Positions 1-11,915 of a DNA stretch of 64,000 nt are shown here, in pieces (within the stretch, counting starts at the first letter, position 1; the number at the start of each line of letters is the position of its first letter). The stretch is taken from the NCBI RefSeq assembly GCF_009834535.1, contig NC_045697.1:69628001-69692000 (forward strand), given 5' to 3'. Below the pieces are notes generated by a model that had not been told where the DNA came from, searched no databases, and saw only the letters and a program-made list of their open reading frames with translations. This stretch comes from Camelus ferus (lineage: Eukaryota). The translations under genes were made by a program, and so were the position numbers.

Positions 1-1609
1 CAAAATGGCAGCTGTGGAAGGCTTGTAAGCAGCTTGGCTGAGCTATCAGAAAAGAAGCTGATCAATCTGTAAAACAAACAGATGCTTGTCTTTCATTTCC
101 AAACTGATTTGGCGTAGTGGAGTTGTCTTTCCCCGTGCCATCAATGGAAAGCAGGACAAATCATTCTATGTAAATTGAGCCCAAATTGAAAGATACAAAA
201 GAATTTTCCTCCCTCTTGCTTCTTTCCTGGGGCTCTCTCTTTGCTAAAAGGGTTGCTGTGAGCATAAACAGATTATAAAAGGCTATTTCCTTGCATATAA
301 ATGTTATGTTCCTTGGTAATCAGTTTCCTTCTTTTAGATCCTGTTAGCTTGTATTTCACCATTATTTTCACCGTTCAAGTGAGAAATAAAGTTCAGAATC
401 TGCAATGTGGCTTTGGTGTTAACGTATATGTCAAAGATTCCACAATTTATGGGTAGCTGTCCCAACCCCTCCCTGAAGAATGATTTCAATTCTTTTAGAT
501 TTATGACAAGCACTCAAAACAGAAAACCAGAATGGTGCTTGTTTTATACCACATCTCTAAACCCACTTAAAAAAAAATCACTTTTAGTTCAACTTGGATG
601 TGTAATCAATCTTAGAACAGTCTTGTAGTACATTGTAGAATATGTCAGCAGAGATAAATTCAGGCAACTCCAATATCTCCTGCTGCCTCAGAGGGTTAGC
701 AGATGATGCCACTTGCCGTTTTAATTTGTTAAACAGTATTAAGGGAGACCAGACTGTAATGTAGAACACATTTCAAATTAAACTTTGTAGTGCTTGGTTG
801 ATATTTATCTGAGGCATTGCATTTTATAGTTGTATTAGCACAGAATTTGAGTCAATTAATTTTGAGGCTGAATTGTAAACGAAACACATGTTTTCTATGA
901 AATGTAGAGAAGGTGGTGCCAGGAGTTGGTTACGCTTGTGAGTCCAGAATTCTTTCTTAAACACTATTTTTAAGAAATGTATGTTGAAAAATGCTCCATC
1001 TTTATAACTAAACTAAAATCCAAAACTTGCAATGAATTAAAAAGAAATACGAAATTTTGGACAAATAACATGGGTTTCATATTATTATTAATAGCATAGT
1101 ATGTAAATTAAAGAAATAATGTTTCTTCTATTTAAAATAGCCTTCCCCTCATTTCCCTCATTTTAAGAAAGCACACACTCATTAGGCATACTGGGAAGTA
1201 GAAACGTGCAGAGGAAGAGAACTATTTGGCATTGTTCTATCATCCAAAGGTAAGTATTGTCCATATTTGGATATGTTTCTTCTATACTTTTGCTTCTGCT
1301 TTGAGTTGTGTTTGTTTCTGTAAATTAAAAAAGAATTCTGTTCTTTTCAGTCAACATAATATAATAGCATTTATCTATATTAATACATATCTTTACAAAC
1401 AATTGTAAAGGACTGTCCAATTTTTTATTAAATGTAGGCTCCACGATTTATTTATCTAGTACCAGATCATTAGGTATTTAGGTCAATTTAAATTTTAAAT
1501 TTCGTTAAGTATGCTACTGTGAATATCTTTGTGCATAGAAAACATTCTTAATTTTGAATTTTACATGATTTATTTAGGCTTTCTTCTCAGAAGAGAAATC
1601 AGATTTCAA

Positions 1610-2050
1610 GACTTTTTTGAAACATGGCGGAGTGACCACATTGCGTTTTTTTCTTCTACTCATAGCTTCATTAAAGAGGCAGTAAAATAATAAGATACAT
1701 ATCAAATTCCACAGATCAAAGAAAACGGGAATGAAAAAATGAGATTTGGACCAGAGGAAGCTGTGACTCCATGAGCTGACCAGGTGAATAAAGTGAAACA
1801 CGCAGACTCTTTACCGGGGGTAGAGGCAGTCAGATATAAACACCTTCTTAGCAGGCGATAGAATTATTTTCTTTAATGATTTAAGATCAGAAGAAAAGGG
1901 CACCAAATAATAACATTTTGGGGTCCCAGCACAAGGAAGGGTTGGCTTGTATTCGGACAGAAAGTTAGAGAAGAGAAAGGATAGGAAATGTTAAAAAGAG
2001 CCTACAAACCATATGGGACTCTGAGAAGAAACTGAGTATATAGCTACACA
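1610..2050 (+). mobile_element. Ancient L1/HAL1-type 5' end and ORF1 remnant (continues at ~3510-3720)
   Basis: AACATGGCGG YY1-type L1 start motif at 1621-1630 followed by A-rich L1-like sequence; resumes after the younger insertion. Confidence 0.5.
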
Positions 2051-2066
2051 CTGAAATGTACTTTTT

Positions 2067-3492
2067 GAAAAAAAATTATGTATTTATGTATTTATTTATT
2101 TGAAGTATAGTCGATTTACAATGTTGTGTTAGTTTCTGGTGTACAGCAGAATAGTTCACCTATACATATAGAAACATTCCCTCTCACACTCCTTCCCACT
2201 AGAGGCCACCATAAGACTTTGAACACAATTCCCCGCTACACAGCAGGTCCCTGATACCTATCTATTCTATACACAGTAGTTAGCATCTGCAAATCCTGCA
2301 TTCCCAACCCCTCCCTGCCACCCCGTAACCACGCTTGTCCTCTACATCTGTGAGTCTATCTCTGCCCTGCAAATAAGTTAATCTTCCCCCCTCTCCCCCG
2401 CTCCACTTTTTTTCCCCAGATTCCACACATAAGTGACATCACAGGGAACCCTTCCTTCTCTTCCTGGCTTACCTTACCTAGCACGATGATCTCTAGGTCC
2501 ATCCATACTGCTGCAAATGGCACCAATTTACTCTTCTCCATGGCTGAGTAGCACCCCACACCACAACTTCTTTATCTAGTTACCTGTTAGTGGATATCTA
2601 AGTTGCTTCCATGTCCCAGCTACTGCCAACAGTGCCACCACAAACATTGGGGTGCATGCATCTCTCTTCTTGTAGTTTGATGACTAGAGAAGTTCCTTCA
2701 ACATTTGTTGTAAAGCTGGTTTGATGGTGCTGAATTCTTTTAGCTTTTGTTTATCTGTGAAGCTTTTGATATCTCCATCAAATCTGAACCAGAGCCTTGA
2801 TGGATAGAGTATTCTTAGTTGTAAGTTTTTCCCTTTCATCACTTTAAGCATATCATGCCACTCCCTTCTGGCCTGTAGAGTTTCTGCTGAAAAATCAGCT
2901 GATAACTTTATGGGAGTTCTCTTGTATGCTATTTGTTGCTTTTCTCTTGCTGATTTTAATATTTTCTCCTTATTTTTAATTTTTGTCAATTTGACTACTA
3001 TGTGCCTTGGTGTATTCTTGAGTAGATCCTGTGTGGAACTCTGTGCTTCCTGGACTTGAGTGACTGTTTCCATTTCCAAGTTAGGGAAGTTTTCAGTTAT
3101 TATCTCCTCAAATCTTTTCTCAGGCCCTTTTTCTCTCTCTTCTCTTTCTGGGACCCCTATAATGTGAATATTAGTGTGCTTCACATCCCAGAGTTCTCTT
3201 AAACTATCCTCATTTCTTTTCATTCTTTTTTCTTTTTTCTGTTCTGCAGTAGTGATTTCCACTAATCTATCTTCTGGCTCACTAATCCCTTCTTCTGCCT
3301 TATTTGGTCTATTCTTGGTTCCTTCTAGTGTGTTATTCTTTTTAGTAATTCTGTTCTTCAACTTTGTTTCGGTATTCTGTATATTTTCTAACTCTTTGCT
3401 AAAAACTTTCCCCTGTGCATCTATACTCCTTCTGAGTTCTCTGAACACCTTCATCATCATTACTCTAAAACCTTTCTTGGACAGAATGCCTT
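2067..3492 (-). mobile_element. L1-derived element: ORF1 plus L1 3' end, ORF2 nearly absent (HAL1-like or internally deleted)
   Basis: ORF 2684-3529 translates to L1 ORF1p (HTNIHIIGVPE, LSADFSAETLQARREW, LQQMLKELL*); 2085-2666 is an L1 ORF2-end/3'UTR with an A-rich tail; degenerate TSD tgaaat...ctttt at ~2052 and ~3492. Confidence 0.88.
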
Positions 3493-3509
3493 GAAATTCG
3501 CTTTTTAAC

Positions 3510-3720
3510 ATATGTGTAATGAGAGACATTGACTAAGAATTTTCAAAATCTGACATATCAAGCCATTAGAGTCAATAAGCTCTAGACTCTATCAGGATAA
3601 ATACAAAGAAAATTATGTCTGGCACATCATAGCAAAGCTACTGAAAACTGAAGACAGAGGGAAATTTTTAAAGCATTCACAGGGAAAAAAATTATCACTT
3701 TCAAAAGAACAATAAGACTA
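3510..3720 (+). mobile_element. Old L1 ORF1 fragment
   Basis: ggataaatacaaagaaa...gcacatcatagcaaagctactgaaaactgaagacagagggaaatttttaaagca resembles the ORF1 RHII.KL...K.KILKA region. Confidence 0.65.
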
Positions 3721-4125
3721 TCACTACTAATTCGAAACATTTTCATCACCCAAAAAGAAACCCTGTCACTCCCCATTCTCCCTTCTGTCCCCTGGAAATC
3801 ATTAATTTAATTTCTGTCTCTATGGTTTTGCCTGTTCTGAACATTTCATATAAATGCAATCATACAATATGTGGCTTTTTGTGTTTGGTTTCTTTCACTT
3901 AGCACAATACTTCTGAGGCTCACTGACACTGCAGCACATATTAGTACCTCATTCTTTTTATGGCCGAACAATATCCCATTATACAGATATAACACATTAA
4001 AAAATTCATTCATCATAGACTGTTGTTTCCAACTTTTTGGAAAATAAATGTATAGGTTTATTTCTGGACGATCAATCTGGACTGATTTAAAAGTCTGTCT
4101 ATAAGCCAGTACCACACAGTTCTTT
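3721..4125 (-). mobile_element. L1MB-type 3' end fragment
   Basis: acattttcatcacccaaaaagaaaccc...aatcatacaatatgtggctttttgtg...tttcacttagca. Confidence 0.8.
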
Positions 4126-4616
4126 ATTTTTCTTGAAAGCAGTTATTTATCTCTGGTATCTATTTATTTGATTCTTGTTGGAACCTTCAAGAATACAAAC
4201 CCCATGTCATCTGTTGTTTACTGACGTATCCTGAGATTCTATAATAATGCTGAGGATATGCAGGTGCTCAATAAATACATGATAAAGTTGAATTTGGACT
4301 TAGTCTTCTGTTTAAATAATTTCTAAATACAGAATTTTAGAAAATCTTTCAGAGGCTTCCTAAATATCCAATTTCTTTCAGTTATTCTTATCTAATTTTA
4401 TTTCCTTTAATTTTTTATTTTTGCTCTTGATTCATCATTAAAATTTTTTTTCTAAATTGCTACCTAATTTTCCTAAGATTATTTATTCAGTCATTTCCCC
4501 CTTTTGTATTGGTTTATAATACTTTCATTATACATCATATACGAATAAATTCTCATACATAGGACGGAGGCAAGGAGAAACTAACTAGAAAGAAATTAAT
4601 CAGAATCTGAATTCAG

Positions 4617-4768
4617 GGGGGAAGGTATAGCTCAGTGGTAAAGTGCTTGCTTAGTATGCCCAAAGTCCTGGATTCAATTCCCAGTACCTCCATTAAAAAT
4701 AAATAAATAAATCTAATTACCACCGCCCCACTCCCCCACCCCCTAAAAGAAAGAAAGAAAAAAAAAAA
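4617..4768 (+). mobile_element. tRNA-Ala-derived SINE (Vic-1-like)
   Basis: A box tagctcagtggt, B box gattcaattccc, A-rich tail; TSD AGAAT(C/T)TGAATTCAG at 4602-4616 and 4769-4783. Confidence 0.93.
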
Positions 4769-6159
4769 AGAATTTGAATTCAGATATTCTTATTTTTCTG
4801 ACTCCATCACTCTGCTTTCTAGATTATTTTGTCCCATGGGACTATATTATTATACTGGTACCACATATTGTCTTATACGTGGTAGAATTAGGCTTCCCTT
4901 TTAATTTATTATCTTTTCAATAATATTGTGACTATTCTTGTATGTTTTAAAAAAATAAATAAAATTGAAAGTTATTTCAATAGCAATTAAAACAATAACA
5001 TATCTCATTGGTATTTTAATTGTAATTATAACAAACTTATATAATAACTTGGGATAAACTGACATTAAAACAAAAGTTTGCCTTCCTATATATGAATATT
5101 GTCTTTCTATTTATTTAAGTCTCTCAATAAAGGTTTTAAAATTTCCTCCTTTTGAAATTGATATATTTCTCAACAAACTACTTGTTGGTATTTTTAAAAC
5201 TGGTTTTATAGAAGAAATCGTTTTTGTTATATTTTCTGGCTTGTTATCTCTAGTAGATGTTATTTATAAAGTGAGAAAATCATCCTCTTAAAAGCACTAA
5301 CAAATATTTACCAAGTAATATTTATTGTGTCCATTTAAAATGATTTTAAATATAAATGTCATAAAATGTCATAAAATATTTTAAGAGCCTCTGTGTTTAT
5401 GTGTGAGGTAAGTGTGGGAATTATTTCCCCCAATCATGATTCCACATACATGTTGGCAAATCAAGACCAACAGAAATTTTGTTATTCATACTCATAATTT
5501 AATCAAAGCATATATTAGAATGCATTGAGTGCTTTATAATTTAATAAAAAGAAAAAGATATCATTACTTAGAATTGTAAACAACCTATTATAATCTGGTT
5601 ATTTAAAAATTGAAAAAATATATTACAGAAAAGTTACTTTACAGTAACAAGTAAAGAAATACTGACTTCTAGAGAAAACCACTAACTCTATTTCATTTTG
5701 TGAGTAAGATTCATTATTGGAGACACAATTTACAAGATCTATTGTCTGATGAACACATGAATATTGTATGTAAGCACACAGGGATATGTTTTATGTGGTT
5801 CATGGCTAAAATGTGCATTTGTGTCATCCATCTTTCTGCTATTTTGTTACTCTGCGTACATATAAACATAAAAACATACACAAGTACATATAATATTAAT
5901 ATTAATTGTAAAAACCACTTTCTAGTAGAATTAAAATAGGTACATGTTAAAACTAAAGCATTTGAATCAAGGTCAAGCTGTTTCCTCAAAATAGATCAGG
6001 CAATTTTTGCCATACTTGTAGGTTAAGCACTGGCTCTGCCTATAATTAAAAAAAAAAGTATCATTCTATGCATTAGAAAAATTAACTAGCAAATATAAAA
6101 TATTATTTTATAAATACCTTGCATAGAATGAAGTTTTCTTTCTTTTTTTTTAATTGAAG

Positions 6160-7900
6160 GAGGCTTTATTTCTTGAAAACAATCTTAAACTTAGGGAAAA
6201 GTTTTAAGTACAGTACAAAAACTATTTTTTCTTAAACCAGAGTAAATTGCCTACCTGATGTTTCAACACCACTTAATACTTTAGAGTGTATTTCCTACAA
6301 CCAGGACCTACATAAACACACAATGCCATAAAAATCAGGAAGCTACAACTAATAATTACTAACATCTAATCCTCATACCCTGTTCAAGTTTTCCAGATGT
6401 CCAAATCATGTCCTTTAGAACAAAAGGATCCATTTCAAAATCATGAGTTGTTTTTGTCATGTCTCTTTAGCTTCTCTCAGTATAAAATAGTTCCTTAGTC
6501 TTTTCTTTATTTTCATGACTATAACTCTTTTCACCATTACTAGGTAGTTGTTGGTATAATGTTCTTCAATCTGGGTTTGTCTGATGTTCCCTTATGACCA
6601 AATTCAGATTGTGCATCTTTGGAAGGGACACGCATCCTTCTCACTGGATCCTACATTCTTCTCATTGGAATCATGGAACACAATTTCCATTTAACCTATT
6701 GCTCATGGTGTTTACTTTGATTGCTTGTTAAAAATGGTGTCTGCTAGGCTTGGCAGCTCAGAAGTTAACTTCCTCCTTTATAATTAATAAGCATTTTGTG
6801 GGAAAGTATTTTGAAACCACGTAAATATTCTATTCCTTATCAGTTTATGCGTTCATCATTTTACAGCAGTATGACTCATTGTTTCCTATTTTATTCAATG
6901 GGCTATAGTCTATTACATCATTACCATTATTTTGGTTCTTTTTAGCAGAGACTGATGTACAGAAGCCAAGATCTGGGCATGATGTATGGTCCTTGCTATT
7001 GGGATGCTGCAGGTCTTAGGCTTCCCCAGTGCACAGAGTTAGGGAATGAATGTGTTTATATACACACATATACTTACATTACTATCAATATTTATGTCTG
7101 CATTCATACATATATATTGAAAACCACAGCTCACACTAATTCCTCTAATTCAACACCCCAGGGTTTGTTTTAGTTTTCTATCATTTCACATTTGTTACTC
7201 TCTTTTCTGACAGAGAGAAAACTGGCTTCAGTTATCCTTAACATATGTATTTGATGGATCCAACATACACAACCAATTTCCATTGCCATTGATGCCCTCC
7301 CCTGCCCCCTTCCCCTTGGGCCCCCTTCTCACAGCATTCAGGCTCTGACTCCCCACGTTGGTCCGCCCCTCCAAGGGTATGGCCCCCCTTATGCGTATCA
7401 AGCTCTGACTTTCCATGCCAAGCTGCCCTGCTGTGCAGGCACCCTTGTCTCCACAATCAAGGATGTCCAGGCTGTCCCTCTGTGGTGATGCCCTTCTCAC
7501 CCTACTCAGGTGGGGACACTCAAGCCTGGATCTTCTCTCTGCAGAGATATTCTTGTCACCATGCTGGGCCTCTGACATCCTACTCAAGGCCATCCCCTTG
7601 GGGGACACCCTCTTTATACCAAGTATCAGAGCATGAGCAAGATGAAGAGGGACTCTCCAACGAGAGGCAGTCCAATGCGGGCGTCAGCCTGAGCAGGTGA
7701 GATGTCAGGCTCTGACACCCAGCGTCATGCTGCCTCCTTGCACAGACTCCCCTACACACTCTGTTTAGGAACTGACACCCTATTCTTAGCCGCATGAATC
7801 CCCACACCTGCATGGGCTGCTTTTTCACCACTGCTGAATGCTGACACTCTGTCCTAGTTGATTCCACTCACCCTCCCATGGATGCTTTCCTCACCCTACT
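6160..7900 (-). mobile_element. L1MC-type 3' region including a degenerate ~60-bp tandem array (7290-7900)
   Basis: Typical L1MC 3'UTR motifs (ttcaagttttccagatgtccaaa, gggtttgtctgatgtt, gagaaaactggcttc) and repeated ctcacc...ggctctgacacc units. Confidence 0.7.
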
Positions 7901-8279
7901 TGGTACTAAGGACTGAATCTCTTGAAAAAAGAACTGGCAGGACTTGCTCTTTTACATACCAGTACTCATAAAGGTATAGTAATTAAGGCAGTACAATATA
8001 GAGGCAAGAGATAGCCAACCAGACTAATATAATTTAATAGTGTCAAGACATGAATCCACTTACATATGGACACTTGATTTGGGACAAAGATGGCATGCTG
8101 AGCAGAGGCAAAAAGGGAGACTTCAATAAATAATGCTTTTATGGCCTGTTCAAGAAATCATTTGCTTTCTACAGTGTCATGAGGGTATTTTCTAAAGCAA
8201 TTATCTAGAGGCTGTATTATTTTACCTTTCACATTTATATCTATAATGTCCCTGTACTGAATTTTTATGTGAGTATCCA

Positions 8280-8280
8280 G

Positions 8281-8311
<31 letters not shown>

Positions 8312-8313
8312 AA
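8280..8313. repeat. (AAAG)n microsatellite
   Basis: Directly visible tetranucleotide run. Confidence 0.97.
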
Positions 8314-8692
8314 CATGACTCTTATACAAAAGTCTCAGAGTAGTTAGACTTCTCATATTGTCCTATGGTGGTTAGGTAGTGAGAGGCAGTGTTCTAAGAG
8401 GAATTAAAGTGGAAGCTGCAACACTCTTGGGGCCTGACCTCATAAGTTTTAACATTGACTTGATCCAGAGGGGCTCATCTGTGAAGAAGACAGAGATGGG
8501 GAAGATGTCAATCCTCAGTTGGAGCCCTTGTTGCTTCAGAATGGATAGGAAAGGGTTAGTCACTTGGCCAGCAGGTCCGTATTACAGGCCACCCATGTGA
8601 GATTTTGAAAGCAAGGTTTCAGGAAAAAGAGCTTCTGGCTCTGATTCCTAAGGAAGGTAGACACTCCCATGATGTCATTAGAAAATGGGTCT

Positions 8693-10183
8693 AAGAAAGA
8701 GAACAAGGGCAAAACATTCTCCGACATAAATTGTAGCAGTGTTTTCTTAGGTCAGTCTCCAAGGCAAAAGAAATAAAAACAAAAATAAACAAGTGGGACC
8801 TTACAAGCTCTTGAACAGCAAAGGAAACCATAAGCTAAACAAAAAGACAACCTATGGACTGGGAGAAAATATTTGCAAATGATGCAACTGACAATGGCTT
8901 AATTTCCAAAATACACAAACAGCTCACATAGCCCAATATTAAAAAAAAAAATCAAAAAATGGGAAGACCTAAATAGACATTTCTCCAAAGAAGACATATA
9001 TATGGCCAATAGGCACATGAAAAGATGCTCAATATGGATAATTATTAAATAAATGCAAATCAAAACCACAATCACATGAGTCAGAATAACCATCATCAAA
9101 AAGTCTGCAAATAATAAATGCTGGAGAGAATGTGGAGAAAAGGGAACCCTCCTACACTGTGGGTGGGAGTGTAGATCGGTGTAGCCACTATGGAGAACAA
9201 TAGGGGTATTCCTTAAAAAACTAAAAATAGACTTACCATATGATCCAGCAATGCCACTCCTGGTATATATCCAGAGAAAACTATAATTCAAGGGAGGACC
9301 ATACAGCTCAGTGTTAGAGTGTGCGCCTAGCAAGCAGGAGGCCCTAGGTTCGATACCCAGTACCTGAATTTAAAAAAATATATATAATTACCACCCCCTC
9401 CCCTACCAAAAGTATACAGTGCTGTATGTCAACTATATTTCCATAAAACTGGAAGAAGAAAAATAATGATTTTACAAAATTTTAAAAAACTATAATTCAA
9501 AAAGATACATGCACCTCAATGTTCATAGCAGCACTATTTACAATAGCCAAGACATAGAAGCAACCTAAATGTCCATCAACAGATGATTGGAAAAAGATGT
9601 AGTGTGTATAATATATATATATATATACACACACGCACATATATATGTGCACACACATATCTATATCTGTATCTATATCTATATATATATACACACACAC
9701 AATAGAATATTACTCAACCATAAAAATAATAAAATAACATCATTTGCAACATGGATGGACCTAGAGATAATCATACTAAGTGAAGAAAGTCAGACAGAGA
9801 AAGACAAGTATCATATGATATTAGTCACATGTGGAATATAAAAAATGATACAAATTAACTTATTTATAAAGCAGAAACAGACTTATAAACATAGAAAATA
9901 AACTTACAGTTACTAAAGGGGAAAGGTGGGGGAGATAAATTAGGGGTCTAGAATTAGAGATATAAAATACAATATATAAAATAGGTAACCAACAAGGTCC
10001 TACTGTATAGCACAGGGAACTATAATCAAAATCTTATAATAAACTATAATGGAAAAGAATCTGAAAAGAATATATCTATATCTATATTTATATCTATATC
10101 TATCTGAATCACTTTGTGTATACCTGAAACTAATACAACACTGTAAATCAACTATACTTCAACTAAAAAAAAAAAAGAAAAAA
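8693..10183 (+). mobile_element. 5'-truncated L1 (ORF2 3' end plus 3'UTR) with a nested SINE and AT/AC microsatellite
   Basis: FATWMDLEIIILSEESQ-type translation; polyA tail; TSD AGAAAATGGG(T/C)CT at 8680-8692 and 10184-10196. Confidence 0.93.
9292..9485 (+). mobile_element. tRNA-Ala-derived SINE with an extended L1-like tail, nested in L1
   Basis: A/B boxes (cagctcagtgtt, ggttcgatac); perfect 15-bp TSD AAAACTATAATTCAA at 9277-9291 and 9486-9500. Confidence 0.9.
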
Positions 10184-10474
10184 AGAAAATGGGCCTGGGA
10201 ATGGGGTATCAATAGCATTTGACACCCAATCACTCCAAATCCCACCTCTGGGAAATGGGACTCTTGAGAAATTACTAGGCTCTCAATGGTCTTTAACAGC
10301 ACACATAGTAAAAAGGCTTTAGGCATTTAAGCTGATACAAGTTCAATATTAAGCCATTGCTGAGAAGCTAAAAAAAAAAAGGGAGGGGGGACGGGGATAT
10401 TAGGCTGCATTCATGTGTGCATATTTCATTCATTTCTTCATGTATTTATTCTACAAATATTTAGCATATTAGTC

Positions 10475-10895
10475 TTATTAGTCATAGCAATGACTGGCTA
10501 AATGCTGATAAAAGTCATTTTCTCTTATTTTGGGGCCACAGGTAAACTACATTTTCTAGTATCCCTTTGAGTAAGATGTGGCCAGTGAATGACTTCTGGC
10601 CAGTACACTGGGCTAGAGTGAATTACACCACTCCTAGGGGTGGCCTGTTAAATCTCATGCACAAAAAAGCTCCAGTGCCAGCCTATCCTCGGGTAAGGAT
10701 TCCAAAGGATTCCAGGGACCTAGGAAGGGGTAGAGATAAAAGATGGATCCCAAATCTCTGACTGAGGGAGAGAGCAGGCCTTCCCTGACTGACCTATAAC
10801 TGACTCTGATGTAAGGGAGATATAAACTTTGATTTTCTTAAGCCACTCAGAGTTTTGGGATTGTCTGTCATAGCAGTTAGCCTTCCATGATTAAT
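10475..10895 (+). mobile_element. MLT1 (ERVL-MaLR) solo LTR inserted in an L2 fragment (L2 ~10424-11010, minus)
   Basis: aaactacattttctag...gatgtggccagtgaatgac and 3' end ttaagccact...ttttgggattgtctgtcatagcag. Confidence 0.75.
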
Positions 10896-11454
10896 ACTAA
10901 TGCATTGTCTATTCTGTGTCAGCCCCCATTCTGGGTACCAGGGACACAACAGCAAACAAACAAGAGAGATAAGGTTCCTGCTCTCACAGGAAGTTATATA
11001 CAGAAGGAAGGCAAACAAACAGCAATCATTTACATTCATACGGTGCTTTACAGTTTACAAAGTGCTTTCATAGGTACTAGCTAATTTGATTTTCGTAACA
11101 ATGTTCTACAGATGAGGAAACAAAAGTTCAAAGATTTTAAGTGCTTTGCACAAGACAAAAGATTAGGAGCTAGACACATGCGTGGATCAGTTTTCTGACG
11201 GCCAACTCATTGTTCATACCATGATGCTTCTCAAGTATAAAAACATGACAGAGCAAGGGAAGTGTTAGTCCTTGTCAAAAAGTCTGTTATCAATATTATT
11301 TTAAAAGTAACATACCATGAAGAAGAATAAGAATCTCCATGGCAGCACTGCAGGAGAGGAAGTAGCGGGATGTGACTGGGGGAGGTGCTCTGAAGACTTC
11401 AACTGTATTGGCCATATTCGATTTCTTAAGATAACGTAGTAGGTACAATATTAT

Positions 11455-11915
11455 TCTGGATTATCTCCCATTTGCCTGTCGGGATTCATTTTGCACCCTT
11501 CTCAAGCTGGCCTTCTGTCCTGGGAGGCTGACTTGTATGGTTTAATGGGCTCTTTATCCTTGTAGCTTTAAGAGGATTGGAAGGAGAGAGAGAATAGGTC
11601 CCAGATTCTTGACTTCTGGGTGGCTTTGGGCTGGCAGGGTCTCTTAACCAAAAGTCACAACTCCTGTTAGGAGGCCCTATCCTCCCAGCTCACTTTGGGT
11701 TTCGGTATTTGCCCAGTTTCCTTACTCCTTCAGACCTAGAAATGGAAATGCTGCCCCATTGTTAACTGGTACAACAGCTGTCAGTTATTGTACCATTGCT
11801 TTTGGCTTTCTAAGATACTTTCCACTGTCCTTAGTATATAGTCCTTTTTAAAAACTCTTTACTCTTCTCAAATTACCCAGCTTCAGAGCGTTATCTGCTT
11901 CTTTCTGGGTTCTGA
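11455..11915 (+). mobile_element. LTR33-like (ERVL) solo LTR
   Basis: ctgtcctgggaggctgac near the 5' end; ctcaaattaccc...atctgcttc near the 3' end. Confidence 0.65.

Noticed and set aside
1..400. Motif-rich stretch (aaaatggc, cagctg, aaacaaaca) resembling an enhancer
   Set aside because: Short motifs occur by chance and conservation cannot be assessed from this sequence alone.
2684..3529. 281-aa ORF as a host gene
   Set aside because: It is L1 ORF1p; the start codon lies outside the homology; no promoter or splice evidence.
8372..8690. Possible processed pseudogene split by the 8693-10183 L1
   Set aside because: No recognisable protein in any frame; the left part resembles MLT LTR sequence. 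A translated search would be needed.
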